Source of the DNA: Neoconidiobolus thromboides FSU 785
Taxonomy: Eukaryota > Fungi > Entomophthoromycota
Direction: 5' to 3'
Assembly (NCBI GenBank): GCA_025603075.1
Contig: MU626266.1
Location: forward strand, 1 to 64,000
DNA: 64,000 nucleotides
The translations under genes were made by a program, and so were the position numbers. Below the pieces are notes generated by a model, which did not search any database, was not told the origin of the DNA, and saw only the letters and a program-made list of their open reading frames with translations. The stretch's first letter is position 1; each line of letters opens with the position of its first letter. Positions 51,122-64,000 of the stretch are shown here, piece after piece.

Positions 51122-52030
51122 ATGCTCTCGTTTCAATTCACTTCTACTTACATTGATTTTTATAGCAATTCATTATCAATAACCTTAATATTATTTTCGT
51201 TATCCCTACTAACCTTAAACTATTTTATTACTAAAGAATTTCATCAATCTGCTTCTTATCGATTATCTATATTAATCTTATTGGCTGATTTATTCTATGG
51301 CATAGGTACCTTCCTTGGTATTCATCCACAAATAACAGTGTCCAAACCGTTATGTTATGTTTATCAATGGTTGAGTACCTTTAGTATCTCAATTTCTGTA
51401 AGTTATTCAACAGTTATAGCAGTTATCTATCTATTAAATATAGTATATGAATATCGATTAAGTAAAATAGCGAAATATATTGTATATCTATTACCACTTC
51501 TCATTTCCTTATTAACTAGTTTATTACCCATTATTTTCAATAAGATTAATACTCAAGGAACATGCGGATATAACTCGAATTATGACGGCTTGCTTTGGTT
51601 TATAGTTTCCAACTTTATGGCTATTTTTATAGCTTGTTGTTTATGTCCTATTATTTATGGAATGATTATTCATTATCTTTTAAAAAAACATTATCAATTA
51701 CGATATAATAACTCCTATCTTCTCAAGAGTCAATATCAGTTTCAATTTATTACATATCTTAGATTAATCTTCTATTCTTTAGTACCTATTGTTAGTCATT
51801 CAATAAATATCTTCATGTCGATTATGAGGTTAGCTAACATTCCATTATCAATAACTACTATTCATCGATTATCCTATTTTGGTAATTTTTTAATTGGTAC
51901 TCAAGGTTTTATTAATTCCATATTGTTTCTTACAAATTCAATATTTTTAAAGGAGTTAGATCAAGTTTATCATTTTATATTTGAATATAAAAGGTTCCAT
52001 TGTCAATATGAATATGCAATTAATAAGTAA
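51122..52030 (+). CDS. 7TM GPCR-like protein, paralog of 46977-47876
   Basis: YRLSILILLADLFY, CYVYQWLSTFSISIS, QGFINSILFLTN. Confidence 0.75.
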   Translation: MLSFQFTSTYIDFYSNSLSITLILFSLSLLTLNYFITKEFHQSASYRLSILILLADLFYGIGTFLGIHPQITVSKPLCYVYQWLSTFSISISVSYSTVIAVIYLLNIVYEYRLSKIAKYIVYLLPLLISLLTSLLPIIFNKINTQGTCGYNSNYDGLLWFIVSNFMAIFIACCLCPIIYGMIIHYLLKKHYQLRYNNSYLLKSQYQFQFITYLRLIFYSLVPIVSHSINIFMSIMRLANIPLSITTIHRLSYFGNFLIGTQGFINSILFLTNSIFLKELDQVYHFIFEYKRFHCQYEYAINK

Positions 52031-52812
52031 AATGAGTATGTTTAATTAATAATTGAAATGTTTATATAAGCTGTATGTTTTTTTGATGGAAATGGAGAGA
52101 AAATAAAATAACAATTTGAATTATTAATTGTCAAAAAGGAAACTAAGAAAGCTTTGATGATCTTAAGTTGAATTATTATTAAATAGTAGTTTAGTTTAAT
52201 CACTTTTAATTTGTATCAATTTTTTTGAAGTATAAATATTCTAATTGGATGCATTTACATAATATGTTTACTGAAATGGGATTTATCGAGTTCTCAATCT
52301 GTTCTGTTTTAATAATAATGATAATTCATATCATTTAAGTAATCTTGGTTTCTAATAAATTCTAGCAGGCTTAAAGAATTAAACTAATTTATTCTTATTA
52401 TTGAAGTTTATTAATACTTCAATAATTAATCAGATGCTACTGTCCATCATGTATTTATATAAAACAAAGCTTGTTGCTTGATCTTTTTATTATATATTTT
52501 GTATTGTGATGCAATACTATTTTTATATACTAAAGGTTATAATAAAGCACATAAAAAAACTACTTGTATATCATTTCATTAAAAAATATAAACATTTTAT
52601 TTTATTAAAAATATATATATAAAGTAAAAAAATTTGAATTAATAAAGATTAAAGAGTATGTATATCCAAAATAATATAAAAAACGTCGACGATATGTTAG
52701 TATGTAAAAAAGGAAGTGTAATTTTTTTTAAAAGCTCAGCCATCCCAACTGATCTTTAAGTAAAGTAAATTAAATAACATCACAAAAGATATTTCCATCT
52801 CAAATTTCCGAT

Positions 52813-55800
52813 TTAAGCCGAAAGATTATGTTGTGGATTCATCAATTGAGCTTTTGTATTGCTTTTTGAATCCGTTATGTTTTTTGAGCCCACTGATATA
52901 TCAGCTGCCTTAGGTGCTGAAGAATGGGATCTTCTCATATTAGTAGTGGATGTTTTTGACCTTGATAAAGGTCGACGGTATTCCCTATCCTCACTAATGG
53001 ATGGTAATCTTTCCGCTCCATCTCGATGTGTTAAATATTGTAATGAAAAACTATCCCCTTGTTTAGCTGCTTTACCAAACCAATGTAATGCGGCAGCCAC
53101 ATTGGCTGGATCAAATTTATCCGCACCATTGGTTACTTTGGTTGATGAGCTATTATTAGTTACCCTATAAAATGAACTCAAAAAACTAGAAGCTAAAGTT
53201 GGACTTTGTATATTTTGCTTTGGAAAATCTACTTCATTATCACCCAAGAAACCTTTATATTCTTTAGGTACGGATGGAAGAGATAGGTATAAAATTCCTA
53301 ATTCTCTTTGAGCTACAACATGAGATTCTTTAGCTGCTATTGTAAATAATCTTAAGGCTTCCATTTGTTGTTTTTGTTCACATTGATCGTTATGTTCATT
53401 GGATTTGGGTTCATTATTTGTGGGTCTTTTGGACATGGAATCTAATAATATGGTACCTTTAGTAACAATCCGATCCACTACTTCTTTCTTGACACTCATA
53501 GCTGCCATAGTCATATCCCAATACGCTTTACCTTCATCACTTAAATCAAGGATAGATCCTGGTACAAATAATGAAATTAGTTGAAGATCTCGAAATAAAT
53601 ATTTGGGTCGAGTACGTCGAAATATCCTTTCAAGTTCATTTACAATGGAATCAGTACCTGGGCTTTCACTCGAAGTTATGTTAGCTACCACCAATAGCTC
53701 TAAAGCAAAAAACATATGTAACTTTTTTAATGGTGAAGAATATAAAGTGATTTGTGTGCATAGTGTATTATAATCTGCATTTGATGAATATATTGAAGAT
53801 ACACTTAATGGGGGGCTTAAAGCATTTGAAAACGATGTAGAATTAGCTGAAGTAGATGAATCTGAAACCGGAGATTGTGAACAAGAGGAAAGAGAAATCC
53901 TTGGTGAGTTGATAAAACTAGCTTGATTTCCTTTTATTGGAGGGTATAATAAACTTGAATAAAGGCTTAAATAGGGGCCTTCGTTTGATTTAAGTTCAAT
54001 ATCATGATCTAAAGGTTCAAACTCAGTTACTAACTCATTAAACCATTTATCTGTATATCCAGGTTTAAATGCTGAAGAAAATTCACTTAATATTAAAGCA
54101 ATAATACGAAGTCGCATAATCGAAGGGAAATTACAATCGGATGTATTCGCAAATGCATAAGCTTGATGCATACGTTTATCAATTGCTTCATCTTGGAATA
54201 AATCAAGTGAATCATTTGAAGGATGAGTGACATGTGTTAACCTTAAACTAGAGATACCTGACAAATGTGAAGAAGAATGATTGGAATGAGAAAGTGTATC
54301 TAAATTTTTATCAAATAGAAAACTTTCTTGTGTGTAACCATCCGAACACCATATATTGGATAATACTATTTGACTAAGTGCTTGTATTTTTAAACAATAG
54401 TATTGAAATCTTGTATCTCCTGGAATAAAATCATGGATCCTTGATTTAATTAAATAATCTTCTACTTCATTCTTTTGATAATCTTCTAATGGGGAACCAA
54501 ATGCTATCTCACCAATATGGTCCCTATGTTTACCATACACCTTGGTAAGTCGGAATTGGGTATAAAATACAAATAATCGCAATGAACTTACTTTAGCTTC
54601 GCAATTGATAGTAGCTGCTCTAATTCTTCTTTCAAATTCTTGTGTAAAAGACATCCACACCTGTCTCTGTTTTGAGTAAGAATCTCTTACACTACGATTG
54701 CTTTCAAATGTGCTAGATATATTACGAATTAATCCGGAAAAATTATCTCTTGAATATTCTTCTGGTATTGTTAATAATAAATTTCTTGCATTTTGAAATG
54801 AAACCGATTCGTTAATTCTACCATAAAATCGTGACGATAACGATGCCATCTTGAGTGTTTCATCAATACCTCCTTCTCCATGATTGGTAAATACTGTTCC
54901 CTTTGAATAAAATCGTGCACTTCCATTTTCATACATTGTTATTGCTTTTATCAAAGAAGTACTAACATTATGAACATCGGATGATGGCTCAGATTCATTT
55001 TGATTGACACTGCATGGCATCATAAAATCCAATTTATGGAATGGTGTTATAGTAGCATCCCCATACTCTGTGCCTTTTTTAAAGCTAGAGGAATACGACA
55101 CTTTAAATAAGACGGAATGATTTGTTTTGACTTCTTTCAAGTCACTTACTAAAGGTTTCAATTTGCCTAAAATACTTTTAAAATAATTTTCAAGGCTACT
55201 TAAACTATTCCTTGAAGTTTCTGATTTTGATTTTAGTTCTACTGAAAAAAACGTGTGTAACTCAATGATATCTTGTGATGTTACTAAAATGGTTGGAAAT
55301 AAAGTAGAACTTGTGGGCGACGGGGTTGGGCTGGATTCTATGGGCGTAAACGCATTATAAATAAAAGCTGTTACAAAATGTTAATAAGTTTAAAGTAATA
55401 AAAGTAAAATAAATTACAAGGAAGGTCAGGTAGAACCTGATCATTATTAGATGGTACTGAAAATAAGCCTACCACTTTTTCAACAAGATTACGAATGCGT
55501 GGATCCACATTTAAAGATCTCCTATTCCTTAAACTGATTAAAAAAGCATTATAAAATTTACAAATTAATTTACCATCCAGGAACAGCGCTTGTAACTGTG
55601 GTAATATACCTATAAAGTCTTTGATGAATTTGATACAATATTTTTTGTCTCCTCCTTTCTGATATGTAATAATCTTCACACATTCCAAATAACTAAATGC
55701 TATAAATATATTTATTAACTGATATTAATAATATCTTACCTCTGGATAGCATATGACCTTTCCAAAAAAACGATAAAAAAAGAACTTTAACATGACTTGA

Positions 55801-56870
55801 ATCGACGCATAATAATGAAATTGACTTGGAAGTTCCGAAAGTATTGCATGATTTAAATGTATTAGACAAGGTGGGATATATTGATCTAGTATCGATAGCA
55901 ACTCAAAACAAGCAGAATCTAAAAACTTATCGACTTCGGCAGGATTAGGTTGATTATAAGGGGTAGAGAAGTGAGAATTTGCGCTTTGGTGCATAGTAAA
56001 CATATTTTGAGAAAAGGATTGGGATCTTCTTCTTCCTGAAATATTAGTACGACTTAACTCTTCTTCTGGATATAATTTTAATATTTCTTCTCCTTGATTT
56101 AGTACCTTTAGTAACACTAATTCCAAAGACCCTTTTGATGTCCAATTATGTACCTTCAAATACCTTTCCAATATCCCCATAATAAACTGTTCTCCTTTTC
56201 TTTCTTTAATCAGGGATATTATTATTGTTTTCCATAAATTCATCCTTTGAAAATATTCCTGCTCAAAAAGCGGCGAGTCAAATAAGCCATACAAAAAAAT
56301 ATCCGGTATAGTTGATGCACTTTCAAATGGTACTCTAGGTTTGACTAAGTCAAACAGCTTATCTGAGCATAAATTGGTAAAATATGGCGCAATAATGTCC
56401 GAGTGGGACCTAATAAAAGTAATAAATTGCTGTATCAAAACATTATTTTTCTGGCTGAGTTCATCAAGCAAACAAAGCTTTAGTGTTGGGTCACATAGCC
56501 TTTGGTCCACCAATTTAAACTGTAAATTTTGAAATACTTCCTTATAAAACGCATAAAAACTGCTTGTATCCTCTTCCTTTTTAATCAAATCATGTAGCAC
56601 TTCAATCAAGTCTTGATAAATGTAAAACTCCCTTAAAGATACTTTGAGTGCTTTCAACTGTAGTAACAACCTTGAAATCTCTTTTGACTCTTCCAATTTT
56701 TGATGCTTTTCCGTTAGTAATAACTCTTTTAACTCATTCAATGTTGATATCTTTGAGTCTCTTATTAACAATGTTGATGGGTACGATGTAGAGCCTCTGG
56801 TATTAATTGTCAATTTAGTGCTGGTGGTATACGAGTTTTTACCCGTTTTATTGGACAAAATGGAAGACAT
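52813..56870 (-). CDS. Large multi-exon protein with RasGAP-like, VPS9-like and SEL1-like segments
   Basis: ORFs 55725-56870 and 52813-55161 are linked by short introns (ICYPE/LFGMCEDYYISE). Motifs include FFFYRFFGKVICYPE, GTDSIVNEL...PKYLFRDLQLI, AAKESHVVAQRELG and WFGKAAKQGD. The domain names come from motif resemblance only. Confidence 0.6.
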
Positions 56871-58353
56871 TTAAAATTGTTTATAAGTTAGTAAATGGTT
56901 GGCATAAATCGAAGAAAGTTTCAGTTGAATTGAAACTTTGCTATTGAGCTCCTCGTACTACTTAATAACCAAACTTGCAATTTAGAAAAAATAGTTTCTT
57001 AGTTTAATTTCTGTTTTCTTAAAGAATCGCTGCTCAATTTTTCATTCCCAATTGAATCAATTGCTTGTTTTGGCAAGTCTTTTCAAATTTCTGGCTGGAG
57101 AAATTAAATGAGTACAATGCTAATTGAAAATATGATTCGTAGTTAAAAAGAAAGTTCTATTTGGAAAGTTGATAAAGTGTATAAATAAAGATTGTTTTTT
57201 ATTAAAGAACTGTAATTCAGAAATATAAAAAACACTAGAATTTATTAATAAAATAAAACATTTTATTAGTTTGATTTTAAAATATATTTAATATTAAGCC
57301 TAAAAGGTTAATTATATAATTATCTAGATCAAAACACAAATCCTCTTTTTGATTTATTTTTTAAGAATCATTAGTCAACTAAACATAGGTGAATTCAAAC
57401 CAATCAAACCTCTACCCCTTTTTAGGAGTTGTCTTTCTTTTTATGTGAAACACTACCACCATATATTAGATGTTGTAATAAATAAATGAATGGATGAAGT
57501 AAAAACCAAGTCTAAGTCTAAATTCTATTCTTTCATATTTTTAAATTGTTCAACGGATATTAATTTTATAAACTAATGTTTTAATTATGATATCTCTTAT
57601 TACATCATAGAATCGAAGGGTGGAGGATGATGTGAGTTTAAGTGGCTTTTAAAGCTAATTCATAAATGGAACTTTTATTTTAGAATTTTTTCATTTAAAG
57701 TTGTAAAGTTATAAATGTTTAAATAGTGATTTTTTATATTCTTTTGTAAAAAGTTAAAAGGTTAAATAGGTTGTGTTTATTTATTTAAAAACGGCAGATT
57801 TTAACATGAAGTATTATTGTTATTAATAAGCTTGAATTTCATTTTTTAGAATCTACTATTCTAAAAATATTAAAATATTGAACGTTACAGCCATTGTGTT
57901 ACAAAAACGAAAAATATTAAAGCAAACGAAAATGAATATCTTGGTAAATCATTACAGAGGTTTTGTAAACCAAATTAAATAATATTATATATTTAGTTAA
58001 ATGCAGAAACAAACTTTATCATAGAATTTAAAGTTTGAACGTTGATTAAATTTCAGGGATAAAAGCTTAAATAAATAATGGATTTCATTCATTTAGTTAA
58101 ATTAATAATTAGCCTCAAAAAATTATACTCAATTAATGAGAATAATAAGTTAATATGAAACAACTTTACCCAGATTATTATTTAAAACTTTATTAGAATT
58201 AAATATAAAGAATAGAGCTTACAGACAAAAAGTAGTAACTAAAACACGAAAATATCACTATAAATAACAATTTATACTTTAAAGATTATTTTATTATTTA
58301 AATGATAAATGTAACCCGTTGTCTCAATTTAAAAATATACAAGTAACAACAGA

Positions 58354-61300
58354 TTATCCTTGAGGTTTAATTCTAGTAGTATCATATGATCGAACCACTT
58401 CCGTTTGTCCAGATTCATTTTGCGAAAATGCAAACCCTCTACCTTTACGCATCCTCTGGATCATACGTACCTTATGTACTGCCTTACGGAATCTTTCCAT
58501 TCTGGGTCGATAATCCGGTATATTAAATTTCTGAATCTCTTGTACAATATGGTATGATCTAGGGCGCCACATACGTTGGATACTAAATTAAGTTAATAAA
58601 TTAAAAAAAAAAGTAATATAAACTTACTATTTCCAGAAATAATCTCTTGATAAACATATGCATGGAATAATAAGAATGGTCATCCAAAAGTATCCAGAAC
58701 TAAAGATTATAGGTACCAATCCATTGTATTCATTAGCCAAGTTAACTCTAGGTGCTACTGACCCATAGATACTAAACACGATAAACCAAATAATTAATGA
58801 GCCTGGAATGGCCATGACGGTATACTTGGTCCAATTGCTATTTGAGTTAATTAGTTATTTAATTAATAAATAAAGGCTTATAATTACTCTGTTAACAATG
58901 CAGCTTTACAAAGCACTGTTACCAACACTGTAGAGTAAATGGTAACACCCATATATTCATATCCTCCCATATAACCAATGCCAAACAGTGGTATACCTGT
59001 GTTGAAAGAAAGCACAATTACGAAAAACAAGATCTAAAAGGGGTTGATTAATAAATGATAAATAATAATAATAATATGTAATACTATTGAATGAATGATA
59101 GCATTGATTGTTGATCCCCAGAACGTTTTAACATTGAAAATTAATTTTTTTTGTCCAATTTTATACATTTCCGGATAACGATCCAACATCCTAGCTGACA
59201 CATGTTGATCAAAGATACCAATCATTAAAGGTGGGAATACGGTGAATAAAACATTGTAAAATGTACTCGTCCATGATTCATAAACAGTTTGTCCTGAAAA
59301 AGCATTAAAAAAGGTAAAGAAAAATTGGGTCATATTAAGACAAATATTCTTATAAAATGAAAACAAAATAAGTCGACTCAATCGTTGGTATGACCATGCT
59401 CCATGTACTAATAATAACTTCCTAAGGAATCGAAATTGTGAAATAGCAAAATCTGATGATCGAGCTGCTTGAAGCCCTTCCATCCCGTTAATTCCAACAC
59501 CCACGTGGGCTGCTTGGATCATACTTACATCATTAGCACCATCACCTATAGCTAGGGTGATAGCAGACGATTTCTTTTTTACAAGTTTGACTATCAAAGC
59601 TTTTTGTAATGGAGAAACACGACAACAAACGACAGCTTTGCATTTGGTTGCTAAATCATAAAACAAAGCTTCACATTCATTGCTCAATGCAAAATTAAGT
59701 GTTTTTCCATCAATAATAAGCGCTAAAGATTCAACCCCGGCATCCCTTGCAGCGCCACTTTGTAAAGCATCCAGTTTTTTTTCAAGTAAACGTCTAAGTC
59801 CATCAGAGGTGTCTTCATTACAAACAACCAAAGTCATATCCTCCTGTAATAGTTTACAAGAGAATCCTATATTAATTGCTGTCTCTTGACGATCTCCAGT
59901 TAAAACCCAAATCTTAATTCCTGCCTGCGCAAGTGTAAAAATTGTTTCAGGCACTCCATCTTGTAATTTATCTTCAATCGCAGTTGCCCCAATTAATATC
60001 AAATCTTTTTCTATTAATTCTGCTGCTTTGTCCAATTCTTCCCCTCGATTATCTAATGTAGTGGCTGCTCTATCAAATACTTTACACCATTCTTGATATT
60101 CATCTTCATCAAGTTCGCGTACTGCCATACATAAAGTTCGTAATCCATCACAAGCATAGTCTTCTAACTGTCTTAAAGTAGTATCAATTATCTTTGAAGA
60201 TGAACTTTCCTTTGCCAATCTTTCTAAAATTACGGTATCTGCTCCTTTTACATATAATTTAAGAGTTCCATCTGGACATCTGAAGATAGCTGACATACGC
60301 TTACGAGTTGAGTTAAATTCACAAACGTTTAAAAGTTGATATTCCAACGATTCTCCGTTTCTTTCAATTGTGACTGATTTGGGCCTTCTAGTAGTAAAAA
60401 CATAACCTAACGTGGCTGCTCCCTCAACAAGGGCACCTTCATCTGGGGAAGCTGCTTGATAGATAAAAGCTAAAATAATTAGTTTAATCCTTTAATTTAT
60501 TTAAAAAAAACTTACTTCCATCTGGTTTCTTTTCAGGAATTACAGTATGACAAATCGACAAAAGTACAAAAAAATCGTCAATAAATCTACCTTGAGGAGT
60601 ATTGTTAACCACTTCTGATTTTAATGTTTCAAAATCATATTTTGCAATATCTTCATCGTTTCCAAGTTTAATTTTGCCAGGTTCTACTTTTTCTACATAA
60701 GGGATGCCATTGATTATACACTCTTTGAACTCCATGATATTACATGTTAATGTACCAGTTTTATCCGAAAATATATACTCAATCTATGATTTTTATATTA
60801 AAAATGATTTAAGGACTATAAAAAAGCTTACTTGTCCTAACTCTTCAACTAAGGAAGAAGTTCTTGCCAATGCTGGTGTATCTGATTTTGCATAATACAT
60901 ATCTAGATCTGAATTGATAAGCTCAGACTGTTGAAATTTTACCACTTCAATAGTAACGATAAGTCTAAAAACAGTTTGATAAAAGAATGTGTTTAAAGTA
61001 TATAGACTTACGAAATGGGAATTAAATTATTTAACAAAATAATAAATGTCAAAATATTCCTTCCAAAATTGGCCCAATTTTGTGAGGCTGTATTTGCTTG
61101 AAGTAGATAGCCCATCTGAGAACTTTTAGTATACTAAAAAAGTATTAATTTAAGTTTTCTAAATTGGAATTATTTTTCCTACTGCATAGTAAAGATTCAT
61201 TGACGAACAAAACAAAGCCATAACCAATAAGATAATAAAAAGATATGCAATTTGAGTGTTTGTCATTCTAACCATATTTGTAATCTTAATAGGAGCTGAA

Positions 61301-62728
61301 GAAGCATTACGCATAAGTTTGGTGTCATGCCCAGTGAAAATAACAGCTGCATAAACCCAATCTGTATTTCTTAACATTGCACCCTAAAAAATAGCATTAA
61401 AGTTAATCAAACCTTTATACTATTAATAAATACCCTTAATAAAATTTGAGTAGGATCTAAAGGTAGTTGTTTTTCGGTCCCATTAATATTCATAATTAAT
61501 GTTCCGGTATAAGTATATAAACTATCATTTGGGCCTTCGGATTTAATCATCCCTATTAAATAAATCTGAATTATATTCTCTATTAACAAACGGACTTAAT
61601 TACCTTTTAAACTAGCAATTTGAGAGGGAGAGATTAAATCGGAAGTTTCTGAAAGCGCTTGTTTCACTTTTAAATTTGTTTCACTATTAAAAATTAATTT
61701 TGCAAAAAAAAACAATTCATGTAAAAACAAACCCGTCTAAATTGGAAGTTTCAATATAACATAGACCTTCTGGTTCAGAGCTTGAAAGTAAAAGTAAATC
61801 TGAAGGAAAATTTTCAAAATTTTCTATCCTAACAATATCGCCCACCTTAATTTCGCTCCATGAGAGCTCTTCAAACACTTCATTCCTTAATACCTTTGTT
61901 TTGCGGGAATTGGTTTCATGATCCGACTTATGTCTTTTATAATCCTCAATGACTTCTTTGATACCTGTAAAAAATAAGACCACGCACAGCGGCACTATCG
62001 TACTGTATTTATTTGTTGGTGAAATATCTGGTATTAACTAAACTTTGTATTAGTTTCAAATTTTAAATTTGGTTTTAAATTTACCTGAATGATTGAAGTA
62101 AATAAGAAGAAAATATTGGCATAATTTGAAAACTGCTCAAATAAAAACTTTGGTAAAAAAGTCAATATATTATACTTTGATGTTGCTATTGAATTCTTCA
62201 AAAAACCACTATTCATACTTCCATTATTTAAATAAATGTCTCTAGGTATACTAGGCCTTGGTCGATTAGCCAAATCCTTTAACGTCTGTATCATACCACT
62301 AAACATGCTTTTGCTTGGTTTCTCATTTTTATATTCTTGTTCCGTATTGTTAATACCTCTATCATTGATAAGGTTTGTTGCTGACATCTCATATCCTTGA
62401 TTTTCTACCGAACGTGAATTCCTTGAACCATCGGTATTGGTTGTGAATTCAGAAGACATGGAGGGGTGTTTGACGTTTAAATTATTTCTTGCCATATTTC
62501 CAGTGTTTGCACTGGAAGCACTCAAGTCGTCAAAATCAGATTGAAAAGGATTCACTTTGAAAAATTAGTGGATTTAAAAGTTAGAGTTGGAATCCTAATA
62601 TAGCTTAATAGTTCTCAATCCTTTAATTTAAAGGGAATGTTAAGCCACTTAAAATAGGTTTTACTTGCTTGTCTACCAAGAAATAATCGTTTGGCGGTTG
62701 GACTTGAGTAGCCAATCATTATAGCCAT
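58354..62728 (-). CDS. DRS2: P4-ATPase phospholipid flippase (DRS2/ATP8A), multi-exon; 5' end uncertain
   Basis: [66 protein letters not shown], and the C-terminal GFAFSQ autoinhibitory motif. Confidence 0.95.
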
Positions 62729-63530
62729 TTCAAACGATTTTTCTGCTTCATAAATAATTTCACCGTACCTTGGGTTTTCTAATTTCTTTGTTATCAAATA
62801 TTAGCAGCAATAGCAGAGCATTTTTCTATATTTGGTAAGCACAATGCTTTTTTATTGATTATGCTTAAGAAATATATTAATTTGTTATTTAACCCTCTCA
62901 GTTACGAAAATAAATACAATATTGTTAGATAAAACCAGATAAAATATGTTTGTTTTTATTTATCTATTGAACAATAATAAATGTTATCAAGCAGGTATCG
63001 CTCTTAAAGATTACAAAGCTCATTCGCCTTTGTTTAGAAAATGATTTTTAATATTAATAATATATTTACTGTTAGTATCTAAATTAGATTTTAAATATAA
63101 TTATAGTAAGATTAAATTAGAAAGGGTAGAAAAAACCATCTATATTGATAACATGTTACAAATTATAAATTTGTAAGTATTCCCATTATTTATAGCTTTA
63201 ACAATAATAAAATCTTATATAATTTAGATTGTAGCTTAAAAAGGTAACTAATTTTAAATAATTTTACAAAAATTTCCTTTTTGCTATGAAAATGGATATC
63301 AATATTGAAATAAAAATAAGCTATTTTATTTAGCAATATAAATTAAAGCTTTCGGACTTAATAATAGGGATAAATATTGTGTCTAAGTATATGCTCTAGC
63401 ATTCACATTATTAAAAATAAGTTTAATTCTAAATCTTAAAGATTAAAGGTCCCATTTTTAAAAACTGATCCAAATTAAATAAAAAATTATAGCAGAGTTT
63501 ATAATTTACAAGATTGTTTTAATATAAAAA

Positions 63531-63924
63531 ATGAGTTTATTTAAACACGGTCTCTATAGAGTGAAAACAACAGAAATAACAAGGGGAGTATTTAATTTAA
63601 GAAGGTTACAAAGCAATAAAACTGAAGCCACTACAAATGAAGGTAATTTCATCACAATTAAATAATAATTAATTGGATAATTAATATTTAGTAGAAAAAA
63701 ATGTCAGACCAGCATCTTCAGTGCCACATGGAACCGTACTCAAAGGAATAAATTTTATGAAGGGAAAGAGCGATCCTATGGCTAAAGACGATAATGAATA
63801 TCCAGAATGGTTATGGACACTTTTAGATGCCAAAGTTAAAAATGATGATGTCTTTTCAAGAGAATATCAACGTAAAGTTAACAAGGATGCTATTAAAGCT
63901 AAGAACTTTTTAAAGAAACGTTAA
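63531..63924 (+). CDS. MRPL37: Mitochondrial large ribosomal subunit protein mL54, 2 exons
   Basis: Basic presequence-like exon 1; SSVPHGTVLKGINFMKGKSDPMAKDDNEYPEWLWTLL. Confidence 0.88.
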
Positions 63925-64000
63925 TAGTATTTATAAAAGAGAAAAAGAATAAAGTTTTCATTAGAATTAAATTTAAATTTCATTTAAATATTTTGAAACA

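Noticed and set aside
46977-52030. The 7TM genes next to the photolyase (and at 4752/6686) as opsins
   Set aside because: The predicted TM7 has no retinal-binding Lys (QGCLNSLL, QGFINSIL). In 6686, the position six residues before NP is Ala.
5438-59889. Short antisense or overlapping ORFs (e.g. 5438, 6709, 9787, 22891, 33755, 35120, 40088, 44145, 49457, 52859, 56341, 59680)
   Set aside because: They are shadows of real genes on the opposite strand or in another frame, with no motifs of their own.

Overview
This is AT-rich eukaryotic DNA with many short GT-AG introns. The Zn2Cys6 factors, DRS2, RRP40, TPP2 and DcpS identify it as fungal. An early-diverging lineage such as Conidiobolus/Zoopagomycota is my inference from composition and gene families. 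The left half (about 1-31.4 kb) holds duplicated or decaying lineage-specific genes (7TM receptor-like, kelch, small Cys-rich secreted), three conserved genes (TPP2, DcpS, ceramide glucosyltransferase) and 19 of the 20 copies I found of a ~105-bp MITE-like element with ATATGGGGATGT...ACATCCCCATAT ends. The right half is gene-dense: TenA, two Zn2Cys6 paralogs flanking an uncharacterised gene, a kelch-TM protein, RRP40, a CPD photolyase between two GPCR-like paralogs, a VPS9/SEL1-like gene, the DRS2 flippase and mitoribosomal mL54. The strongest leads are the MITE family and its link to duplicated genes and CpG decay, a foldback element whose arm mismatches are all transitions, and a GATCGA repeat in the photolyase promoter that resembles a White-Collar light-response element. 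All counts, alignments and splice models were done by eye. Gene coordinates span first to last coding base including introns.
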